This document shows positions 25,221 through 32,000 of a stretch of 32,000 bases of DNA, in pieces. Origin of the DNA: Bdellovibrionales bacterium (lineage in GTDB: Bacteria > Bdellovibrionota > Bdellovibrionia > Bdellovibrionales > UBA1609); NCBI GenBank assembly GCA_963692945.1, contig OY843585.1, forward strand, positions 780,001 through 812,000, given 5' to 3'. The notes under the pieces were generated by a model, which ran no database searches, was not told the origin of the DNA, and saw only the letters and a list, made by a program, of their open reading frames with translations. Positions within the stretch are counted from its first letter, which is position 1; each line of letters starts with the position of its first letter. A program made the translations under genes and the position numbers.

Positions 25221-25581
25221 AGAGTTTTTAAAAATTGAAAGAAAAAATTAAATCGTTTTATAAAGCAAAAAACAAGAGACTTCAATGCTGGGGTTAAAAT
25301 AGTAGATATTGCTCTTTTAATAGATAGGATTTCTAAAACAAAATCTATGGCTATAGGTCAAATGAGAAAAAGACAGTGGAAAAGTAAAGCAATAAAGCTT
25401 GATAAAGAAAATTTCAAGAAAGAATGACAGAAAACTTCTAAAGCAATACAATCAAACACTGGGTATAAATATGGCAAAATCAAATTCCTACAAAATAGTA
25501 AATCAAGATCAAGAGCGAACAGAATTGTTTCGCACATCTATTGATACTATTGTTAAAGATTTAGAGGGTGGAAAATAAAAC

Positions 25582-26616
25582 ATGAAATCTGATAACAACG
25601 ATAATAAAATTATCATATATGAAAGCGGAGATGGTTTACCAAAAATTCAAGTGCGACTTGAAGATGAAACTGTTTGGTTAAGTCAGGCACAACTTGTTAA
25701 ACTCTTCCAATCCAGTAAATCTAATATCAGTGAACACATTAAGCATATTTTTGAAGAAGAAGAACTAGATCGGAGTTCAGTTGTTCGGAAATTCCGAACA
25801 ACTGCCTTAGACGGAAAAAACTACAGTACGGAGCATTATAACCTTGATATGATTATCTCTCTTGGTTATCGAGTGAAATCAAAAATTGCAACCCATTTTC
25901 GCCAATGGGCAACTGCACGGCTCAAAGAGTATATTGTTAAGGGTTTTACAATGGATGATGATCGTTTGAAAAATCTTGGTGGTGGTAGTTATTGGAAAGA
26001 GCTTCTTGATCGCATTAGAGATATTCGTTCCAGTGAAAAAGTTCTTTACCGACAGATACTTGACCTCTATGCAACTAGTACCGATTATGAGCCAACCAGA
26101 AAAGAGTCCATTCAGTTTTTTAAGATAGTACAAAATAAATTGCATTATGCTGCCCATGGAAAAACAGCTGCAGAAGTTATTATCGAGCGAGCTGATGCAA
26201 AAAAACCATTTATGGGACTTCTAACATTTTCAAAAGGTGGTCTTGTTAAAAAAGATATTAAAATTGCAAAAAACTACTTGAAAGAAAAAGAGCTTAAAAA
26301 GCTAAATAATATCGTCTCCGCCTATTTTGATCTTGCGGAGACAAAAGCAATGAACCGTGAACCGATGAAAATGAAAGATTGGATTATTCAACTTGATCGC
26401 TTAATTCAAGTATTTGATGGAAAAATTTTAAGTAATGCAGGGAGTGTCAGTAGCTCTAAGGCTCTTAAAAAAGCTGAAAGTGAATATCTTAAGTACCAAG
26501 TAAAAAATTCTTCTTCTGTAGAAAAAGCCTATCTTGAAACTATAAAGGATGTTCCAAAAAGAGTAAAAAAGAAAAAATCAAAAGTGAAAAATAGAATAAA
26601 GAAACAGCAAAGTTAA
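25582..26616 (+). CDS. rhuM: RhuM-family protein
   Basis: IIIYESGDGLPKIQVRLEDETVWLSQAQLVKLF..ISEHIKHIFEEEELD..VVRKFRTTALDGKNY..YNLDMIISLGYRVKSKIATHFRQWATARLKEYIVKGF matches the RhuM consensus as I recall it. The C-terminus is a Lys-rich tail. Confidence 0.85.
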   Translation: MKSDNNDNKIIIYESGDGLPKIQVRLEDETVWLSQAQLVKLFQSSKSNISEHIKHIFEEEELDRSSVVRKFRTTALDGKNYSTEHYNLDMIISLGYRVKSKIATHFRQWATARLKEYIVKGFTMDDDRLKNLGGGSYWKELLDRIRDIRSSEKVLYRQILDLYATSTDYEPTRKESIQFFKIVQNKLHYAAHGKTAAEVIIERADAKKPFMGLLTFSKGGLVKKDIKIAKNYLKEKELKKLNNIVSAYFDLAETKAMNREPMKMKDWIIQLDRLIQVFDGKILSNAGSVSSSKALKKAESEYLKYQVKNSSSVEKAYLETIKDVPKRVKKKKSKVKNRIKKQQS

Positions 26617-26673
26617 AAACAAATTTGCAAAAACCAGAAGTTTTTTTCTAGTTCAAACAATAAAATTCTATAA

Positions 26674-26819
26674 GCGAAAACCAGAAGTTTTTTTCTAGTT
26701 CAAACATAAGCCTGTTAAGCAACTCTTATTTTAATGAGATTTGAAGAGTGTCCCTCTTACGATGAAAAGCTCGTTAAAATAAGAGTAGGAAATACTTTTT
26801 TGAACTAGAGTTTTGTAAA
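26674..26819. repeat. Right terminal inverted repeat (nested hairpin), with a partial 33-nt extra copy of its inner end at 26627-26659
   Basis: It is the reverse complement of 24961-25107. The sequence gc[ag]aaaaccagaagtttttttctagttcaaaca occurs twice in direct orientation. Confidence 0.85.
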
Positions 26820-26896
26820 TGGTGATGGCGGCAGGATTCGAACCTGCGACCTACGGCTTAGAAGGCCGTTGCTCTATCCAGCTGAGCTACGCCACC
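26820..26896 (-). tRNA. tRNA-Arg (anticodon UCU), CCA encoded
   Basis: The reverse complement GGTGGCGTAGCTCAGCTGGATAGAGCAACGGCCTTCTAAGCCGTAGGTCGCAGGTTCGAATCCTGCCGCCATCACCA folds as a 77-nt cloverleaf. It has anticodon loop CTTCTAA and a TTCGAAT T-loop. Confidence 0.95.
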
Positions 26897-26928
26897 TCAG
26901 ATAAAAGTATTAACAAATAAATCCCTAT

Positions 26929-27027
26929 CCATTGAATGACATTATTTCTCATAACAATTAACTTACTTAATTGTATAGCAGATTCTCCTACCCATTGAAT
27001 GACATTGTTTCTCATAACAATTAACTT
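26929..27027. repeat. 36-bp direct repeat x2 (ccattgaatgacatt[ag]tttctcataacaattaactt), period 63
   Basis: The copies are at 26929-26964 and 26992-27027. The second overlaps the nhaA stop codon. The region lies upstream of tRNA-Arg on the minus strand. Confidence 0.9.
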
Positions 27028-28319
27028 GCAGTTCTTTTTAATTTACTTTTTGGAAGATTCTTTCCAAAAGATAAAATAATTAAACCTACAATTCCACAAA
27101 AAGCAGAGGAGACGGTGACACTTAACTTTGCAAAAGAGTGAGATTCACTTAACACATCAAAACTTAAATTTGTAATAAATAAAGACATTGTAAAACCAAT
27201 ACCTCCTAAGCATCCTACAGCAATGATTTGTCTCCAGTTTACATTATCAGGTAGGCTCGCTATTTTAAGAAGATGAGCTAGAAAAGAAAAAACAGTTATG
27301 CCTATAGGTTTTCCTAAGCAAAGACCTAAAATGACTCCATAGGAAATAGGGTTAGATATCCATTGCTCAAGGTTAATACTTTTAAGAGTTATACCTGCAT
27401 TAGTGAAAGCAAAAAGAGGAAGAATAATATAACTTACATAAGGATGAAATATTGTGATTAAGTGTTTTAAAGAGGCTTCTGTATGATGAACCATTTTACC
27501 TAACTCTTTAACTTTTTGAATGGTAGGTTCTTTTCCCTTTAAGAAAGCTCTATTCATGGCATCAATAGCTTGCTTCCCAGTAAATCGTCTGCGATGGGGA
27601 ATGAGGAAACCTAAAATCACTCCACTTAAAGTGGCATGGATTCCACTATGATAGACACAAAACCATAAGGCAATAGATAAAGCAGCTAACACAAAGGAAT
27701 TGTGTAGGTTGAATTTAAAGTAGAGTATAATAGATAAACAGACAATAGCAAAGAGGGATAAGAAAGGACCAGAAATGTTTCCACTGTAAAAAAGAGCAAT
27801 CACTAAAACAGCAAGAATATCATCAATGATAGCTAAACAAAGTAGAAAAATTTTTAAAGCAAAGGGAACCTTGCGAGACATTAAACTTAAAATTCCAATA
27901 GCAAAAGCAATGTCTGTTGCCATAGGTATTCCCCATCCTACTTCAGAACTTAAATCTTTATTAAAAAAATAATAAATAGCAGCAGGAACTAAACTTCCTC
28001 CTATAGCAGCTATAATAGGTAAAGCCGCTTTTTTAGGAGAAGATAATTCTCCTTCTAAAAATTCTCTTTTGACTTCCATACCAACAACAAAAAAGAAAAG
28101 AGCCATTAAACCTTCATTGATGAATTCGTGGAGATTTGTTTTTAAGATGTAAGTCCCTAGGGTTAACACAAAAGGGAAGTGGAGGATGGTTTCATAAATA
28201 GATTGCCAATGAGAGTTGGCCATATACATAGCCAATCCTGCTAAGCTTAAAAGGAGAATTCCACTAAAAGATTCAATATTAAGAAAAGAACCAAATATTT
28301 TTTTAAAAAAAGTAATCAT
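27021..28319 (-). CDS. nhaA: Na+/H+ antiporter NhaA
   Basis: The 432-aa protein is polytopic. It has the conserved Asp pair in LCLAIIDDILAVL and a typical NhaA length and hydrophobicity pattern. Confidence 0.88.
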   Translation of the reverse strand: MITFFKKIFGSFLNIESFSGILLLSLAGLAMYMANSHWQSIYETILHFPFVLTLGTYILKTNLHEFINEGLMALFFFVVGMEVKREFLEGELSSPKKAALPIIAAIGGSLVPAAIYYFFNKDLSSEVGWGIPMATDIAFAIGILSLMSRKVPFALKIFLLCLAIIDDILAVLVIALFYSGNISGPFLSLFAIVCLSIILYFKFNLHNSFVLAALSIALWFCVYHSGIHATLSGVILGFLIPHRRRFTGKQAIDAMNRAFLKGKEPTIQKVKELGKMVHHTEASLKHLITIFHPYVSYIILPLFAFTNAGITLKSINLEQWISNPISYGVILGLCLGKPIGITVFSFLAHLLKIASLPDNVNWRQIIAVGCLGGIGFTMSLFITNLSFDVLSESHSFAKLSVTVSSAFCGIVGLIILSFGKNLPKSKLKRTAS

Positions 28320-28329
28320 GTCTTAAATT

Positions 28330-28510
28330 TTCCTAAATGAATTCCAAAAAATTTTCAAAATATGCCTGCCAAAAAAAATATTCCTAAATGAATTCCAAAA
28401 AATTTTCAAAATATGCCTGCCAAAAAAAATATTCCTAAATGAATTCCAAAAAATTTTCAAAATGTGCCTTCCTAAAAAAATATGCCTTCCTAAAAAACCT
28501 TCCTAAAATT
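28330..28510. repeat. 51-bp tandem repeat x3 (ttcctaaatgaattccaaaaaattttcaaaatatgcctgccaaaaaaaata), then shorter gccttcctaaaaaa sub-repeats
   Basis: Copies start at 28330, 28381 and 28432. The first two are identical and the third diverges at its end. The array begins 10 nt upstream of the nhaA start codon. Confidence 0.9.
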
Positions 28511-28618
28511 GACTACAGCTTACTTGAAAAAAATTTCTAATTCAATCATTATATTATGTAAGGCATTATGTAACTTGGTCGGTTGAATCTTAAAGTAAGT
28601 CTCTAAAGTAAATGGCTT

Positions 28619-29629
28619 TTAAGTGAATGAATTCATGGTGTTTTTCAAGTCAGATGGTCTCGGTCGTATATCCTTTTCTTCTAAAGAAATTAAAGGTTTT
28701 TTAAGTATTTTTATTTGTTCTAGAAAGGATGTTGTTTCTTTGTAGTAGATGAGTCCAGTAATGAGTTCCTTATTATCCGAGTCATTTTTTAAAAGTTCAG
28801 AGGCTTTTTTGAGATCTCTAGGGTCATGTTCTTTCCTGCTCACTTTTTTCAGATAAAGTGTGCTTCCATCCACCAGTGAGAGGCTTTGAACTTCTCCTTC
28901 TTTGAAATCTACATTTACACTTGCTTTTTCTTCAATGATATCCAACTCATGAAGCCTCAAATTATTCTCTTTTACAGAGGAGAAACTATAAGGAAAATCC
29001 ACATTATTTCCATAAGCGATACAAGGAGATATGACATCAATAAAAGCAAAACCATCATATTTAAAAGCAAGTTTTAAAAGATTCACAAGTTGTTTCCCGT
29101 CACCACTAAAGGAGCGTGCTACAAAACCACAGCCTGTTTCTAAAGCCAAGCGACATAAATCCATATTGATAAAAGGATTGTTGTCCCGATTTTTAATGGA
29201 GCTGTCTTTTTTTGCTGTGGCTGAAAATTGTCCTTTTGTTAATCCATAAACTCCATTGTTTTCTACAATGTAAATCATAGGTGTATTTCTTCTTATAGTG
29301 TGTAGAAAAGAACCTAAGCCGATGCTTCCTGTATCTCCGTCTCCTGAAATTCCAATGACTTTTAAATCAGAGTTAGCTATTTTAACTCCTGTGGCTACAG
29401 AAGACATACGGCCATGAATCGTATTAAAACCTTGGGACATTTTTAAAAAATAATTTGGTGTTTTTGAGGAGCAACCAATGCCTGAGATTTTTGCTATTTT
29501 TGTGGGGTCTAATTGCAATTCAAAACAGGTTTTAATAATAGACTTACTGATTTGGTCATGACCACAGCCTAAACAAAGTGTGGAAGGTTTAGCTCCTTCA
29601 TAATTTTTTTTATCAAAAGTTTGACTCAT
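28619..29629 (-). CDS. korB: 2-oxoglutarate/2-oxoacid:ferredoxin oxidoreductase, beta (TPP-binding) subunit
   Basis: It has the TPP-binding motif GISGDGDTGSIG..NNGVYGLTKGQ and the N-terminal Cys cluster region CLGCGHD. Its start overlaps the korA stop (ATGA). Confidence 0.85.
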   Translation of the reverse strand: MSQTFDKKNYEGAKPSTLCLGCGHDQISKSIIKTCFELQLDPTKIAKISGIGCSSKTPNYFLKMSQGFNTIHGRMSSVATGVKIANSDLKVIGISGDGDTGSIGLGSFLHTIRRNTPMIYIVENNGVYGLTKGQFSATAKKDSSIKNRDNNPFINMDLCRLALETGCGFVARSFSGDGKQLVNLLKLAFKYDGFAFIDVISPCIAYGNNVDFPYSFSSVKENNLRLHELDIIEEKASVNVDFKEGEVQSLSLVDGSTLYLKKVSRKEHDPRDLKKASELLKNDSDNKELITGLIYYKETTSFLEQIKILKKPLISLEEKDIRPRPSDLKNTMNSFT

Positions 29630-31437
29630 AATGGATGCTCCATGAGTGGATGTTCCATGAGCTGATTAAATTGTTGTCTTATGTTTTCACAATAAAAGGG
29701 TTGGCCATCATATTGTAAGATAGATTTTAACTTAGGGGCTTCAGATGGGAATTCTCCACTCAAAAGTTTTTTAAGTTGAGCATCTCTATTTTGTTCCACA
29801 ATAAATAAAGTGGAATGTTTTTCTAAAAAAGATTTTACACTCTCTGGGAAGGGATAAGATCTCACTCTCATGAAATTTGTAGAAACAGATTCTTGTTCTA
29901 ATAGAAATCTCACTTCTTGAATGGCTTTTTCATTGTTCCCAAAAGTTACAAAAGCCAAAGAGTTTTTTGCATTCCAATCTAGAATAGGTTCAGGAACTTT
30001 CTTTTTAGCAGTCTCCCATTTTCTTTTTAATTTATTAAGTTTTTGGGAGTAATCTTTGGAGTCTTCAGAATATTCTGCTTTTTCATTATGTCCTGAACCT
30101 CTTGTTAAATAAGATTCCTCAGGATGTTTTGTGCCTGGCAGGCTTCTATAAGAAATTCCATCTTGATCTGAATCTTTATAACGAGAAAAATCTCTATTTT
30201 GAAGGTCTTTTTCTGTTAAGATTTTTCCTCTGTTGAGAGGTCGCTCTTTATAATCAAAAGTAGAACTTTGGTGTAAGTTCATTCCTAAATCTAAATCACT
30301 TAAAAGAATAACAAGAGTTTGGAGTTCTTCAGCCAGATCAAAAGCTTTTTGACTTAAGGAAAAACATTCTTCTACTGTTCCGGGCATGAGAACAATATGG
30401 GAAGTGTCCCCATGAGATAAAAAACAAGAGGAGAGTAAATCTCCCTGTTGTGTTCGTGTCGGTAACCCTGTTGATGGACCTCCTCTTTGGACATTGCATA
30501 GAACGGCTGGTATTTCCGAAAAATAAGACAGACCTGCCGCTTCGTTCATAAGGGAGAGTCCTGGTCCTGAAGTGACAGTCATAGCTCTTAAACCAGCCCA
30601 ACTTGCTCCGATCACTTGAGTGAGTGCAGAGATTTCATCTTCAGATTGAATGATGGCAAATTTCTTTTTTCCTTCTTTATCTTGTTGATATTTATTTGTA
30701 AATTTCTCAAAAGTTTCAGCGATAGAGGATGAAGGTGTGATGGGATACCAAGATAGAAATTGGCATCCTGCAAATAAAGACCCTAAGGCAACGGAAGTGT
30801 TTCCGTCAATAAGAATAGAATTTTTAGAAAGACTCGTTTTTATTTTTTTAATCTGGTTTTTTTCTAGAGAAATAGGAAGAGGATTTTGTTGTGCGATCTC
30901 TTTGCCTTTATTGAAAAATTTTAAATTTATTTCTAACAATTCTGAAGACTTGTGATGATTTTGAAAAAAATCACTTAAAGTTTTTGTGGAGATCTCTTCC
31001 TCTATTTTTAACCATTCAGCAAGTAACCCAACATAAACTGTATTTCTTAAAAGAGGTTTGATTTTAATAGGGACATCTTTTGATTCAGAAATAACTTTTG
31101 TGAAAGGGAGATCATAATGAGGGCCTTTAAAAGAAATATTAAATTTGTTTTTTTGATCTGTTACAAGCAGCCCTTCTTCTCTTAAATGTTTAAAGTTTTT
31201 TGGAAGAGTTTTAGGGTTTAAACTTATAAGGATGTCTGTTTTTGGGTCATAGGCTGTATAGCCTTTTGAGTTTAAGCGAATCTTATAGGAGCAAGGGAGT
31301 CCTGCTATATTGGAAGGGAAAAAGTTGTAAGAACCTACAGGGTATCCTGAACGAAATAACATTCGTGTTAAAATTTGATTAGCAGATAGACTTCCTGTTC
31401 CGTTGATGGTGTCAATTTGTAAGGATAGATTTTTCAT
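29626..31437 (-). CDS. korA: 2-oxoglutarate/2-oxoacid:ferredoxin oxidoreductase, alpha subunit with an N-terminal gamma-like domain
   Basis: The 603-aa protein has an N-terminal GTGSLSANQIL.. gamma-type domain followed by a pyrimidine-binding domain (..MTVTSGPGLSLMNEAAGL..). It is coupled to korB. Of the three repeated ATGs, only the one at 31437 gives a full-length protein. Confidence 0.85.
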   Translation of the reverse strand: MKNLSLQIDTINGTGSLSANQILTRMLFRSGYPVGSYNFFPSNIAGLPCSYKIRLNSKGYTAYDPKTDILISLNPKTLPKNFKHLREEGLLVTDQKNKFNISFKGPHYDLPFTKVISESKDVPIKIKPLLRNTVYVGLLAEWLKIEEEISTKTLSDFFQNHHKSSELLEINLKFFNKGKEIAQQNPLPISLEKNQIKKIKTSLSKNSILIDGNTSVALGSLFAGCQFLSWYPITPSSSIAETFEKFTNKYQQDKEGKKKFAIIQSEDEISALTQVIGASWAGLRAMTVTSGPGLSLMNEAAGLSYFSEIPAVLCNVQRGGPSTGLPTRTQQGDLLSSCFLSHGDTSHIVLMPGTVEECFSLSQKAFDLAEELQTLVILLSDLDLGMNLHQSSTFDYKERPLNRGKILTEKDLQNRDFSRYKDSDQDGISYRSLPGTKHPEESYLTRGSGHNEKAEYSEDSKDYSQKLNKLKRKWETAKKKVPEPILDWNAKNSLAFVTFGNNEKAIQEVRFLLEQESVSTNFMRVRSYPFPESVKSFLEKHSTLFIVEQNRDAQLKKLLSGEFPSEAPKLKSILQYDGQPFYCENIRQQFNQLMEHPLMEHPL

Positions 31438-31639
31438 GTAGGGTATCCTGAACGAAATAACATTCGTGTTAAAATTTGATTAGCAGATAGACTTCCTGTT
31501 CCGTTGATGGTGTCAATTTGTAAGGATAGATTTTTCATGTAGGGTATCCTGAACGAAATAACATTCGTGTTAAAATTTGATTAGCAGATAGACTTCCTGT
31601 TCCGTTGATGGTGTCAATTTGTAAGGATAGATTTTTCAT
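31337..31639. repeat. Perfect 101-bp tandem repeat x3 containing the korA start codon and its first 33 codons
   Basis: The ATG-containing 'cat' triplets are at 31435-31437, 31536-31538 and 31637-31639. A 97-nt core is identical in all three copies, with a gtag junction. Confidence 0.95.
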
Positions 31640-31939
31640 TGTATTGTTAAGGGTTTGTTTATTAACATAGGTCATCCTTTAAAACTAGAGGTTTTTTATT
31701 CAAATTTAGAAAATGAAGAGGTTTGTAATCTAGGGATTTATATCTTCTTAGAAATTAAAAGCCATCTGACTTGAATTTTTGAAATAGAGATAGGGGTTTC
31801 TTTTTAAGTGTAAGATTTTATATAATTTCTTTTTCTGTTTTTTTACAAACAATGGTTTTTATATTTGACCAATCCCTTTATTTTTTATACACCGCCATGA
31901 TGCTGATATGTGGGATTAAAGTTTAGGAAGAGTCATGTT

Positions 31940-32000
31940 ATGAACAAAATTTTGTTTATTTTAAATCTTGTCCTTTTTGGAAGTTTTGTCTCTCAATCTT
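31940..32000 (+). CDS. 5' end of a secreted or membrane protein; continues beyond the window
   Basis: AGGAAG lies 9 nt upstream of the ATG. The product MNKILFILNLVLFGSFVSQS.. looks like a signal peptide. Confidence 0.4.
   Translation, partial: MNKILFILNLVLFGSFVSQS

Larger units (their letters stand above)
24961..26819. mobile_element. Cassette bounded by ~147-bp inverted repeats carrying rhuM and gene remnants, abutting the 3' end of tRNA-Arg; no recombinase present
   Basis: The left repeat (24961-25107) is the reverse complement of the right repeat (26674-26819), with roughly nine in ten bases matching by eye. The asymmetric loop confirms the inverted orientation. The right end lies one base from the tRNA CCA end. 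Confidence 0.45.

Noticed and set aside
25879-26157. Minus-strand 92-aa ORF inside rhuM.
   Set aside because: It is antisense to a well-conserved RhuM region.
28886-29249. Plus-strand ORFs 28886-29077 and 29031-29249.
   Set aside because: They are antisense to korB, whose TPP motif is clear.
30338-30955. ORFs 30338-30601(-) and 30737-30955(+).
   Set aside because: One is in an alternative frame of korA and the other is antisense to it. Neither has independent support.
31438-31639. Calling the upstream ATGs at 31538 or 31639 as the korA start.
   Set aside because: Both frames terminate after 34 codons at the repeat junction. Only the ATG at 31437 yields the full-length protein.

Overview
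This is an AT-rich bacterial chromosomal segment with Gram-negative hallmarks: a YfgM-like/BamB-like gene pair, a lipoprotein and FadI/FadJ-type beta-oxidation genes. The lineage cannot be determined from the sequence alone.

- **1-15.3 kb, mostly housekeeping:** a partial OMP-like C-terminus, leucine dehydrogenase, yfgM-like plus bamB-like genes, a small membrane protein, a lipoprotein, a thiolase and multifunctional FAO enzyme operon (minus strand), NADP-malic enzyme MaeB, a secreted lysophospholipase-like hydrolase, and a 1195-aa orphan membrane protein followed by two tiny overlapping ORFs.
- **15.7-22.2 kb, an accessory island ending at tRNA-Ala(UGC):** a start-less Gly-rich tail remnant, phased 10-bp repeats, a secreted protein with a poly-Gly tail directly followed by an HNH nuclease, a 1056-aa MmeI-like single-chain restriction-modification enzyme (PD-ExK nuclease, gamma-class N6-adenine methyltransferase and target-recognition region), a cold-shock-domain-like small gene abutting it, and decayed coding debris.
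- **22.2-32 kb:** a 4-copy 110-115 bp tandem repeat, an acidic Cys-rich secreted protein, glutaredoxin 2, a ~1.9 kb cassette bounded by ~147-bp hairpin-forming inverted repeats that carries rhuM and sits against the 3' end of tRNA-Arg(UCU), nhaA, and korB/korA.

Near-perfect tandem duplications sit at or just upstream of several gene starts. The clearest is a perfect 3x101-bp repeat that includes the korA start codon. No CRISPR array, rRNA, transposase or integrase was recognised. The best candidate for something undescribed is the module of Gly-tailed secreted protein, HNH nuclease and type IIL-like enzyme in the tRNA-Ala island, but this is inference only.
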